Under the pieces are notes generated by a model. That model did no database searches. It was not told the DNA's origin and was given only the letters and a program-made list of their open reading frames with translations. DNA of 32,000 nucleotides. It comes from Haloferax volcanii DS2. GTDB taxonomy: Archaea; Halobacteriota; Halobacteria; Halobacteriales; Haloferacaceae. The DNA is taken from contig NC_013967.1 of NCBI RefSeq assembly GCF_000025685.1, positions 2,430,001 through 2,462,000 of the forward strand. Reading direction: 5' to 3'. Position 1 is the stretch's first letter. Every line of letters begins with the position of its first letter. Shown here in pieces: positions 1 through 7,664 of this stretch. The translations under genes were made by a program, and so were the position numbers.

Positions 1-260
1 ACGGCGATGACGGCCGTGCCGAGGGCCATCGCGCTCCGGCGACCCAGTCGGTCGCCGAGGTAGCCGGTCGGTATCTCGGCCGCGACGAGCGCGAGCCACC
101 AGACGCTGTTGAGTGCGCCCACCTCGGCGAACGAGAGGCCCCGCGAGCGGACGAACAGAATCCAGATGGCAGTCGTGAACGAGACGAACTCGGTCGTCTT
201 GTAGGCGTAGTACTTCGCGACCGGAGAGCGCAGCCGGGCGGTGACGGGCCACGAAGTCAT
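1..260 (-). CDS. MFS-type transporter, N-terminal part only (gene continues off the left edge)
   Basis: Not in the ORF track (partial). Own reverse-strand translation from ATG at 260-258: MTSWPVTARLRSPVAKYYAYKTTEFVSFTTAIWILFVRSRGLSFAEVGALNSVWWLALVAAEIPTGYLGDRLGRRSAMALGTAVIA. It has hydrophobic helices plus the G-x-L-x-D-R-x-G-R-R loop typical of the major-facilitator TM2-TM3 loop. Confidence 0.6.
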   Translation of the reverse strand, partial: MTSWPVTARLRSPVAKYYAYKTTEFVSFTTAIWILFVRSRGLSFAEVGALNSVWWLALVAAEIPTGYLGDRLGRRSAMALGTAVIA

Positions 261-344
261 CGTCCCATGGTCTCGACACGACGCAAAGAACGTGTGGATT
301 CGACCGGCGGCGGCGGTGTCCGGGTCGAGCGAAACGCCCGCTGT

Positions 345-1151
345 TCACCCGGTCCGGAAGGAGAAGTCGGAACTCGGCGCGCTGTGGGTGAGCCACCCCA
401 TCGACACCACGTCGACGCCGGTGTCGGCGTAGGCGGGGAGCGTCTCTAGCGTGATGTCCCCGCTGGCCTCCGAGATGACGCCTTCGGGGAGTCGGGAGAC
501 GCCCTCGCGGACCGCCTCGGGCGGGAGGTTGTCGAACAGGACGATATCGGCCCCGGCGGCCGCGGCGCGCTCGCCCATCTCGGGCGTCTCGACTTCGACT
601 TCGAGTTTCGTCGCGAACGACTTGCGCTCGGCGAAGCGGCGGACGGCCGCCTCCAACCCGAGTTCGGCGATGTGGTTGTCCTTGACCATCACCATCCCCG
701 AGAGCGTGAGGCGGTGGGTGTCGCCGCCGCCGGCGACGACGGCGCGCTTTTCGACGCCGCGGAGGCCGGGGGTGGTCTTGCGGGTCGCGGCGACCCGAAC
801 CGAATCGGAAACCTCGCGGGCGGCGGCGACGGCCTCGCGGGTCGTGGTGGCGACGCCGGAGGCGTGGCCGACGACGTTGGCGGCGACGCGCTCGCCGCGG
901 AGGACGTTCCGGGCGTCGCCGTCGACCCGCAGGACTTCGTCGCCCGATTCGACCGCGTCGCCGGTCGCGACCGCTTTCTCGGCCTCGACGCCGAGGGAGT
1001 CGAAGACGGCGACGGCGGCGTCGAGACCGGCGGCGACCGCCGTCTCTTTGGCCACGAGTCGCCCGGTGGTGTCGCCGGGCACGTCGTTCGTCACGTCGCG
1101 GTGGCCGACGTCCTCGGCCAGCCAGCGCTCGACCGTCTCAGTCGTCAGCAC
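345..1151 (-). CDS. nadC: nicotinate-nucleotide pyrophosphorylase (quinolinate phosphoribosyltransferase)
   Basis: 268-aa ORF with the full-length NadC pattern (..RVAATRKTTPGLR.., ..MVKDNHI.., C-terminal TIM-barrel part). Its start overlaps the nadB stop by 14 nt, and it is the last gene of a nadA-nadB-nadC operon. Confidence 0.9.
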   Translation of the reverse strand: MLTTETVERWLAEDVGHRDVTNDVPGDTTGRLVAKETAVAAGLDAAVAVFDSLGVEAEKAVATGDAVESGDEVLRVDGDARNVLRGERVAANVVGHASGVATTTREAVAAAREVSDSVRVAATRKTTPGLRGVEKRAVVAGGGDTHRLTLSGMVMVKDNHIAELGLEAAVRRFAERKSFATKLEVEVETPEMGERAAAAGADIVLFDNLPPEAVREGVSRLPEGVISEASGDITLETLPAYADTGVDVVSMGWLTHSAPSSDFSFRTG

Positions 1152-2751
1152 TCGGCGTCACCCCCCGTCCGGCGTCGTCGCTTCCGTCGCTTCCGTCGCC
1201 CCCATCGCGTCCGTCCGGGTCGACGAGCGAGTGACAGCCGGCCGATGGCGCGTCGGCGGCCGCGCGGGCGACGAGGAGCGACGAGACGCAGGCGTTCCGG
1301 AGTTCGTAGACGGACCGCGAGACGCGGGTGCGGGCGTAGGCGTCGACCTCGCCCTTCAGGCGACGGAGCCGCGCTCGGGCGGTGTCGAGGCCGTCGGGCG
1401 TGCGCTCGATGCCGACGAGCTCGTCCATCGTCCGCCCGAGGCGGTCGAACTTCGCGTCCGCGAAGGCGTCGGGGAGCGCCGGGTCGGAGTCGCGCGGCGG
1501 CGCGTACTCGACGGTCTCGGCCTCGTCGCGACCCCGGTCGGCCGCCGTCTCGCCGGCGCGGACGCCCCAGACGAGGCCTTCGAGCAGGCTGGTCGAGGCG
1601 AGTCGGTTCGCGCCGTGGACGCCGGTGCGGGCGCACTCGCCGGCGGCGAACAGCCGAGGGAGGGAGGCCCTCCCGCGGTCGTCGACGGCGACGCCGCCGC
1701 AGAGGAAGTGCTCGCTCGGCGCGACCGGGATGCCGGCGTCGAGGTCGACGCCGCGGTCGTCGCAGAGCGCCGCGAGGTCGGGGAACTCATCGCGGAAGTC
1801 GAGGTCGGACACGTCGAGGACGACGCGGCCGGACCGGTCGCGGGCGCGGGAGACGGCGCGGGCGACCACGTCTCGGGGGGCGAGCTCGGCGTCGTCGTGC
1901 ACGTCGGGCATGAATCGGCGGCCGTCGGCGTCGCGCAGGACCGCTCCCTCGCCGCGAACGGCTTCGCTGACGAGGAACGGTTGCGCGTCGTCGTCGGCCC
2001 GTGGGTCTGTTCGGGGGTCGTACGCCGTCGGGTGGAACTGGACGTACTGCATGTCGGAGACGGTCGCGCCGGCGAGCGCGGCCATCGCCACGCCGTCGCC
2101 GGTCGCGCCCGCGGGGTTGGTCGACCGGGCGTAACAGTCCCCGATGCCGCCGGTGGCGAGGACGGTCGCCCCGGCGAAGACGGGTTCGACCTCGCCGTCC
2201 GCGAGGACGGTCGCGCCGCGGACGGTCCCCTCCTCGGTCAGGAGGTCGAGCGCCGTCGCGTCCTCCACGATTCGCACGCCGTCGCGGGCCGAGAGGTGCT
2301 GGAGAAACGGCCGAAGGACGTGCGCGCCGGTGCTGGCGTCGACGTGGAGGATGCGGCGGCTGGAGTGGCCCGCCTCGCGGGCGAGGTCGAAGGAGTTGGT
2401 GTCGGTGTCGGCACTAGCTTCGGCGTCGGCGTCAGTGCCCTCGCCCACCGCGTCGAACGCGACGCCGAGCGTGTCCAACAGCACGTCCTCGACGACGGCG
2501 CGGGACTCGGAGACGAGCGTCTCGACCGCCTCGGGGTCGGCGGTGCCGTCGCTCGCCCGGCGGATGTCGGCGGCGAACTCCTCGGGCGCGGACTGGGTGA
2601 CGGCGATGCCGCCCTGCGCCCAGTCGGACGCGGCGTCCTCGGGTTCGGTCGCCTTCGTGACGACGAGCACGTCGGCCCCCTCGCGGGCGGCGGCGAGGGC
2701 GGCGGCGCAGCCGGCGATGCCGGAGCCGACGACGAGCACGTCGGCCTTCAT
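1138..2751 (-). CDS. nadB: L-aspartate oxidase
   Basis: The ORF track extends to 3081, but the first 110 codons are Arg-rich and overlap nadA. The ATG at 2751 gives MKADVLVVGSGIAGCAAALAAAREG (FAD GxGxxG fold) and a 537-aa NadB-like protein. ATGA overlap with the nadA stop (2748-2751). Confidence 0.9.
   Translation of the reverse strand: MKADVLVVGSGIAGCAAALAAAREGADVLVVTKATEPEDAASDWAQGGIAVTQSAPEEFAADIRRASDGTADPEAVETLVSESRAVVEDVLLDTLGVAFDAVGEGTDADAEASADTDTNSFDLAREAGHSSRRILHVDASTGAHVLRPFLQHLSARDGVRIVEDATALDLLTEEGTVRGATVLADGEVEPVFAGATVLATGGIGDCYARSTNPAGATGDGVAMAALAGATVSDMQYVQFHPTAYDPRTDPRADDDAQPFLVSEAVRGEGAVLRDADGRRFMPDVHDDAELAPRDVVARAVSRARDRSGRVVLDVSDLDFRDEFPDLAALCDDRGVDLDAGIPVAPSEHFLCGGVAVDDRGRASLPRLFAAGECARTGVHGANRLASTSLLEGLVWGVRAGETAADRGRDEAETVEYAPPRDSDPALPDAFADAKFDRLGRTMDELVGIERTPDGLDTARARLRRLKGEVDAYARTRVSRSVYELRNACVSSLLVARAAADAPSAGCHSLVDPDGRDGGDGSDGSDDAGRGVTPSADD
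1177..1200. repeat. 9-nt tandem repeat (GTCGCTTCC x2 plus partial) inside the nadB 3-prime end
   Basis: Read directly: gtcgcttcc gtcgcttcc gtcgcc. On the minus strand it encodes the GDGSDGSDD acidic tail of NadB. Confidence 0.7.
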
Positions 2752-3905
2752 AGTTCGAGCATGCGGTCGAGCGCGACCGCGGCGAGTTCCTTCTCCTCGG
2801 GCGCGACCTCGACGACGTTGGGTTCGCGGCCCGCGGCGAGCTCTTCGAGCACCCACGTCAGGTAGTTGGGGTCGACCTGTCGCATGGCGTTGCAGTCCAT
2901 GCAGGCGTCGCCGCAGAGGGGCCGCACGTCGACCTCGGGGTGCCAGCGCGCGAGGTGTCGCGCGAGGTGGACCTCGGTGCCGATGGCCCACGTCTCGCCG
3001 GGGTCGGCGTTCGCGACGACGTCGCAGATGTGGCTCGTGGAGCCGACTTCGTCGGCGGCCGCGACGACGCTCGGGCGGCACTCGGGGTGGGCGACGACCT
3101 TCGCGCCGTCGGCCTGCGCCCCCTCGACGTGGTCGACGCGGAAGCGTTCGTGGACCTGACAGTAGCCGTCCCAGAGGATGACTTCGGCGTCACCGAGCTC
3201 CGGGATGTCGGGGTCCAGCTCGTCGGCAGCGCCCGTCGACTCGGTCACGTCGCCGGCCCACGGGTCCCACTCGACCACCCCGTCGATGCCGAGGTCGTCG
3301 GCCGTGTTGCGCCCGAGGTGTTTGTCGGGCAGGAACAGCACGGCGTCGCCGCGCTCGAACGCCCACTCGAAGGCGTCGGCGGCGTTCGAGGAGGTGCAGA
3401 TGAGCCCGCCGTGAGAGGCGCAAAACGCCTTCAGGTCGGCGTAGGAGTTCATGTACGTCACGGGGACGATGTCCCTGCCGCCGCTCTCTTCGACGAGCGT
3501 CTCCCACGCGGAGTCGACCTGCACGGCCTCGGCCATCCCGGCCATCGGACACGACGCCTCCATCGACGGGAGAATCACCGTCTGGTCGTCGTCGGTGATG
3601 ATGTCCGCGCTCTCGGCCATGAACGTCACGCCGGCGAAGACGACGTAGTCGGCGTCCGACTCGGCGGCGCGCTTCGAGAGTTCGTAGGAGTCGCCGACGA
3701 AGTCCGCGTGCTCGACGATTTCGCGTCGCTGGTAGTTGTGTCCGAGGACGATAACTCGGTCACCCAATGCCTCGCGGGCGGCGGCGATTCGCCGGGAGCG
3801 GGCGGCCTCGTCGAGGTCGCGGTGGCTCTCCGGTAGCTGTTCGAGCGTGTCGTATTTGAACAGGCTGAGCTCCGACTCGAACCCGACCGACTGTAATTCA
3901 ACCAC
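2748..3905 (-). CDS. nadA: quinolinate synthase
   Basis: 385-aa ORF with a GTG start at 3905. It carries NadA-like strings (VLGHNYQ, VTFMAESA, cysteine-bearing segments SCPMA and CQVHERF). Its stop overlaps the nadB start (ATGA). Confidence 0.9.
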   Translation of the reverse strand: MVELQSVGFESELSLFKYDTLEQLPESHRDLDEAARSRRIAAAREALGDRVIVLGHNYQRREIVEHADFVGDSYELSKRAAESDADYVVFAGVTFMAESADIITDDDQTVILPSMEASCPMAGMAEAVQVDSAWETLVEESGGRDIVPVTYMNSYADLKAFCASHGGLICTSSNAADAFEWAFERGDAVLFLPDKHLGRNTADDLGIDGVVEWDPWAGDVTESTGAADELDPDIPELGDAEVILWDGYCQVHERFRVDHVEGAQADGAKVVAHPECRPSVVAAADEVGSTSHICDVVANADPGETWAIGTEVHLARHLARWHPEVDVRPLCGDACMDCNAMRQVDPNYLTWVLEELAAGREPNVVEVAPEEKELAAVALDRMLEL

Positions 3906-3946
3906 GATTGGTCACCACGGTAGCAGTCCAATCAGTGGGCCTTATT

Positions 3947-3960
3947 GAAAAATATTTTTC
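3947..3960. promoter_or_regulatory. perfect 14-bp AT-rich palindrome GAAAAATATTTTTC upstream of nadA (TATA box and/or operator candidate)
   Basis: The sequence equals its own reverse complement. It lies about 40-55 nt upstream of the nadA GTG, inside the most AT-rich stretch of the window. Confidence 0.3.
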
Positions 3961-4115
3961 TCCAATACTCGCTACCCATCAGTAAAAATTCTCTATACTA
4001 TTGATTCGCTGGTGGTAAATGCACCCGATGAGCCATTAGAAGCCGAATACAGTCGTTACTCGTCCGAAGAACAATTCAGTTCAAAGATACGCCGCCGTCG
4101 GTGGCGATTACTCGT

Positions 4116-4697
4116 TCAGTCGCGTTCGAAGACGACGCGACCGTCCACGATGGTCATCGAGACCGCGATATCGCGAATCGAGTCGGCCTCCCACGGCGAC
4201 TCGTCGAGGACGACCGAGTTGACGCCGGCGGTGTGGACGTCCTCGCGGAAGGCCACGACGGGACGCGACTCGGAGACAGCGTCGAGGTCGTCGCGGGTGA
4301 GGTATCTCGAGTCGTCCCACGTGCTCTCGTCGTAGCCGTAGCCGAGCACCCAGCCGGCCTCGTCGCCGGTCTCGTCGTCGGATTCGACCTCGGCGGCGCG
4401 CTCGCGGAGCAGTTCGACCGCCTCCGCCGGGGAGCCGGCGGCGGAGAGGTCGGCGTGGACGAGCGAGCGGCCGACCATCGGGAGGTGCGTGTGGGCGTCG
4501 ATGAAGCCGGGGAGGACGACGCGGCCGCCGCAGTCGACGACCCGCGTCTCGACGCCGGCGAGCAGTCCCACGTCGAACGCGCGGCCGACGCGGACGACCT
4601 CGCCGTCGCGGACGGCGACGGCTTCGTGCGTCTCGTCGGGCGACCCGAGGGTGTGTACCTCCGCGTTCGTCAGTACGAGGTCCGCTGCCGCGGTCAT
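4116..4697 (-). CDS. amidohydrolase-family protein, internally truncated (N-terminal segment fused to C-terminal strand; barrel core missing)
   Basis: ATG at 4697 gives MTAAADLVLTNAEVHTL..AVAVRDGEVVRVG..GGRVVLPGFIDAHTHL..RPVVAFREDVHTAGVNSVVL, then ends directly in ..DIAVSMTIVDGRVVFERD. This matches the first ~170 aa and last ~20 aa of the roughly 500-aa YtcJ-like Amidohydrolase_3 architecture as I remember it. Only 193 aa are present. Confidence 0.6.
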   Translation of the reverse strand: MTAAADLVLTNAEVHTLGSPDETHEAVAVRDGEVVRVGRAFDVGLLAGVETRVVDCGGRVVLPGFIDAHTHLPMVGRSLVHADLSAAGSPAEAVELLRERAAEVESDDETGDEAGWVLGYGYDESTWDDSRYLTRDDLDAVSESRPVVAFREDVHTAGVNSVVLDESPWEADSIRDIAVSMTIVDGRVVFERD

Positions 4698-4818
4698 ACG
4701 TTCGACCCCGACGCGGGAGGGCAAAACGGTTCGGGAGGCGGCGGGGTGGCCGAGCGGCGGTCGGTCGTCGCGGGTGACGCCGGCCGGGTCGGTGGCGGCC
4801 GTTGGAAGAACCGGAACG

Positions 4819-4830
4819 CGTTAGGGCCGG
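4819..4830 (+). promoter_or_regulatory. hmgA core promoter candidate (CGTTAGGGCCGG; TTAGGG as weak TATA box)
   Basis: TTAGGG starts 28 nt upstream of the hmgA ATG (4849), a spacing consistent with a leaderless transcript. The identical 12-mer recurs at 23030-23041. Confidence 0.4.
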
Positions 4831-4848
4831 CGCGGGAAACGTCGGAGC

Positions 4849-6060
4849 ATGACAGACGCCGCGTCCCTCGCAGACCGCGTTCGGGAGGGCGACCTCCGCC
4901 TCCACGAACTCGAAGCGCACGCCGACGCCGACACCGCCGCCGAGGCGCGCCGACTGCTCGTCGAATCGCAGTCCGGCGCGTCGCTCGACGCGGTCGGGAA
5001 CTACGGCTTCCCCGCGGAGGCCGCCGAGTCCGCCATCGAGAACATGGTCGGCTCGATCCAGGTGCCGATGGGCGTCGCCGGCCCCGTCAGCGTCGACGGC
5101 GGCTCCGTCGCCGGCGAGAAGTACCTCCCCCTCGCGACCACCGAGGGCGCGCTCCTCGCGTCGGTCAACCGCGGTTGCTCGGTCATCAACAGCGCCGGCG
5201 GCGCGACCGCCCGCGTCCTCAAGTCCGGGATGACCCGCGCGCCGGTGTTCCGCGTCGCCGACGTTGCCGAGGCCGAGGCGCTCGTCTCGTGGACCCGCGA
5301 CAACTTCGCGGCGCTGAAGGAGGCCGCGGAGGAGACGACGAACCACGGCGAACTCCTCGACGTGACGCCGTACGTCGTCGGCAACTCGGTGTACCTGCGA
5401 TTCCGCTACGACACCAAGGACGCGATGGGGATGAACATGGCCACCATCGCCACCGAGGCCGTCTGCGGCGTCGTCGAAGCCGAGACGGCCGCCTCGCTCG
5501 TCGCCCTCTCGGGCAACCTCTGTTCCGACAAGAAGCCCGCCGCCATCAACGCCGTCGAGGGGCGCGGCCGGAGCGTCACCGCCGACGTTCGAATCCCGCG
5601 CGAGGTCGTCGAAGAACGCCTGCACACCACGCCCGAAGCGGTCGCGGAACTCAACACACGCAAGAACCTGGTCGGCTCCGCGAAGGCCGCGAGCCTCGGG
5701 TTCAACGCCCACGTCGCCAACGTCGTCGCCGCGATGTTCCTCGCCACCGGGCAGGACGAGGCGCAGGTCGTCGAGGGCGCGAACGCCATCACGACCGCCG
5801 AGGTGCAGGACGGCGACCTCTACGTCTCGGTCTCCATCGCCTCCCTCGAAGTCGGCACCGTCGGCGGCGGCACGAAACTCCCGACGCAGTCCGAGGGCCT
5901 CGATATCCTCGGCGTCAGCGGCGGCGGCGACCCCGCCGGCTCCAACGCCGACGCCCTCGCCGAATGCATCGCCGTCGGTTCCCTCGCGGGCGAACTCTCC
6001 CTTCTCTCCGCGCTCGCCTCGCGGCACCTCTCCAGCGCCCACGCCGAACTCGGTCGGTAA
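4849..6060 (+). CDS. hmgA: 3-hydroxy-3-methylglutaryl-CoA reductase (class I, NADPH)
   Basis: 403-aa ORF, MTDAASLADRVREGDLRLHELE...TTEGALLASVNRGC...DAMGMNM...GTVGGGT. These are classic HMG-CoA reductase motifs, and the sequence matches my recollection of Haloferax volcanii HmgA. Confidence 0.97.
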   Translation: MTDAASLADRVREGDLRLHELEAHADADTAAEARRLLVESQSGASLDAVGNYGFPAEAAESAIENMVGSIQVPMGVAGPVSVDGGSVAGEKYLPLATTEGALLASVNRGCSVINSAGGATARVLKSGMTRAPVFRVADVAEAEALVSWTRDNFAALKEAAEETTNHGELLDVTPYVVGNSVYLRFRYDTKDAMGMNMATIATEAVCGVVEAETAASLVALSGNLCSDKKPAAINAVEGRGRSVTADVRIPREVVEERLHTTPEAVAELNTRKNLVGSAKAASLGFNAHVANVVAAMFLATGQDEAQVVEGANAITTAEVQDGDLYVSVSIASLEVGTVGGGTKLPTQSEGLDILGVSGGGDPAGSNADALAECIAVGSLAGELSLLSALASRHLSSAHAELGR

Positions 6061-6194
6061 CTCGCGGGTTCATTTTCACCGACAGCAGGGACGGCTGGAC
6101 TGCTTTTCTTCGCGTTGTTCCGGTCTGTTCCTCCGACTTCGCACCTCGTCGTTCACTTTCACTTTCACTCCGCACCTGTGGGTCGCGTTTATTC

Positions 6195-6210
6195 CGTTTC
6201 CGCGGAAACG
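6195..6210. promoter_or_regulatory. perfect 16-bp palindrome CGTTTCCGCGGAAACG between a TATA-like TTTATT (6188-6193) and the small-ORF start
   Basis: The sequence equals its own reverse complement. It sits where a repressor would block transcription initiation of the small ORF, or it could act as an hmgA-distal hairpin. Confidence 0.3.
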
Positions 6211-6417
6211 ATGAAAATGCGTCCGTCGGGGAGCACCCGCGGGCGTGTCCACACCCCATCCCCTCCCATGCCACTCTTCACACGCGGTACCGACCCCGAA
6301 TCGCCCGACGAGTACGACGACGCGCGGCGGGTGGCGCTCGCGCTCAGGCTGGTGAAACTGGCGCTCGGCGTCGTCGCCTCCGCGCTGACCGTGGCGAAGC
6401 TCCTCGGCGCGCTCTGA
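6211..6417 (+). CDS. small hypothetical protein with C-terminal transmembrane helix
   Basis: In-frame ATGs at 6211, 6217 and 6268 within the 100-aa track ORF. The C-terminal part PLFTRGTDPESPDEYDDARRVALALRLVKLALGVVASALTVAKLLGAL has an acidic head and one hydrophobic helix. TTTATT lies 23-29 nt upstream of 6211/6217. The start choice is uncertain. Confidence 0.35.
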   Translation: MKMRPSGSTRGRVHTPSPPMPLFTRGTDPESPDEYDDARRVALALRLVKLALGVVASALTVAKLLGAL

Positions 6418-6467
6418 GGTGCTCGCGCTCGCGGACCTGCTGGCCGGTCGCTCGCCCGCGCCGAATC

Positions 6468-7007
6468 TCAGACCAGTCGGTGTCGCCCCCGCGACTCGGA
6501 CACTTCGCCGCGCCGCCGGAGTTTGTCGAGCAGGTCGCGGGCGCGGTCCGCCGGGACGCCCCGTTCGACCGCGGCCGCGACGATTTCCTCTTCGGTCGGC
6601 CGGTCGCCGTCCCGTATCGCCTCGCGGACGACCGTCAGGCGGTCGGGCGACCCCGACGACGAGTCCCGCCCCCGCGCGGCGGCCTCGCCCGCCTCGAACA
6701 CCTCGTCGGCGTCGAGCCCCGAGCCTTCGAGGTACTCGCGGTCGTCGACGCCCGACTCCTCGACTCGCCGGTCGAGTTCCGAGACGTGTTCGACCTGCGC
6801 GAACGCCTCGCTGTCGCCGTGTTTCTTCGCCAACAGCGCCGACCGCGCCTGTCGCGCGGCGTCCCTGTCGTCGGACTCGAAGAAGCGCCGGAGCTTCTTC
6901 GTCTGGTGTCGCCTGCCGCACCGCGGACACGTCGCCGTCTTCGACCCGTCGGGGTCCGAAAGCAGCCACATGTTCGCGCAGTCCGTACACCCCACGACCG
7001 CGTACAT
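6468..7007 (-). CDS. zinc-ribbon protein with acidic linker and C-terminal helical (winged-helix-like) domain; conserved halobacterial hypothetical
   Basis: 179 aa. N-terminus MYAVVGCTDCANMWLLSDPDGSKTATCPRCGRRH has CxxC...CxxC. The C-terminus reads EEEIVAAAVERGVPADRARDLLDKLRRRGEVSE. A TATA-like word (TTCAAAT on the minus strand) lies about 28 nt upstream of the ATG. Confidence 0.75.
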   Translation of the reverse strand: MYAVVGCTDCANMWLLSDPDGSKTATCPRCGRRHQTKKLRRFFESDDRDAARQARSALLAKKHGDSEAFAQVEHVSELDRRVEESGVDDREYLEGSGLDADEVFEAGEAAARGRDSSSGSPDRLTVVREAIRDGDRPTEEEIVAAAVERGVPADRARDLLDKLRRRGEVSESRGRHRLV

Positions 7008-7072
7008 ACGTCGGTGTTCCGCGGCGGCGGATTTGAACGTTCGGGAGCGCGAGCGACCGCGGACCCCGACGC

Positions 7073-7100
7073 GGCGTCTCCCCGGCGGCGTCTCCCCGGC
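7073..7100. repeat. exact 14-nt tandem direct repeat GGCGTCTCCCCGGC x2 in the divergent Zn-ribbon/cupin promoter region
   Basis: Read directly (7073-7086 and 7087-7100). It is followed immediately by GGATTTATTTT, a TATA-like box about 26 nt before the cupin ATG. A related word, GGCGGATTT, also occurs at 7024-7032. Confidence 0.7.
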
Positions 7101-7132
7101 GGATTTATTTTCGCTCCCCGTGGCGTGTCAGC

Positions 7133-7477
7133 ATGGACCGAGTTTCTGTCGACGACGCGCCGTCCGCCGAGGCGGCCGACGACGTGTTCCTCTCGCTTCT
7201 CGCGGGCGGCGAGGAGATGAACGTCCAGCACTTCCGCATCGAACTCGGCGCGGCGGCCCCGGTTCACGACCACCCCCACGAGCAGGTCGGCTACATCGTC
7301 GCCGGCGAACTGACGTTCCTCGTCGGCGACGACCGCGAGGAACTCGTCGTCGGCCCCGGCGATTCCTACTCGCTCGCCGGCGGCGAACCCCACGGCGCGG
7401 AGAACCGCGGCGACGAGACCGTCGTCGGCATCGACGTGTTCTCGCCGCCGCGGGCCAACCCGCCGTGGCTGGACTGA
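7133..7477 (+). CDS. cupin domain protein
   Basis: 114 aa. Both cupin motifs are present: PVHDHPHEQVGYIVAGE and GPGDSYSLAGGEPHGAEN. Confidence 0.8.
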   Translation: MDRVSVDDAPSAEAADDVFLSLLAGGEEMNVQHFRIELGAAAPVHDHPHEQVGYIVAGELTFLVGDDREELVVGPGDSYSLAGGEPHGAENRGDETVVGIDVFSPPRANPPWLD

Positions 7478-7664
7478 GTCGAGCGCGAACCGCCACCCGG
7501 ACTAAACTCTCCGTGCGGTGTGTTTCGGGGGGTTTGGAGCCTCTCGAACGAGTGGCTTGGGTCGGCTCAGCCGCGACGTGTGAGGAGAAAGCATTTATCA
7601 AACCCGTGTCATCACTCAGTAGACGGTAGTCCCTAACTATGCCCTCCCCACGCGTACTCTCACC

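Noticed and set aside
451-2865. 804-aa plus-strand ORF (and the 413-aa ORF at 672-1913) covering the nadC/nadB region
   Set aside because: It is antisense to two well-supported genes and has Ser/Arg/Ala/Thr/Pro-rich low-complexity composition with no domain pattern. This is the typical shadow ORF of high-GC DNA, where stop codons are rare.
4012-4335. 107-aa plus-strand ORF starting in the AT-rich island
   Set aside because: Only its first ~25 codons lie in intergenic DNA. The rest is antisense to the amidohydrolase fragment, with Ser/Arg-rich composition. There is no support for it as a gene, although the island itself is flagged as a finding.
4101-7220. 1039-aa plus-strand ORF and 644-aa minus-strand ORF (4108-6042) spanning hmgA
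   Set aside because: They are extremely Arg/Gly/Pro-rich, out of frame with the unmistakable HmgA reading frame, and cross several real genes and intergenic regions. They are GC-bias artefacts.
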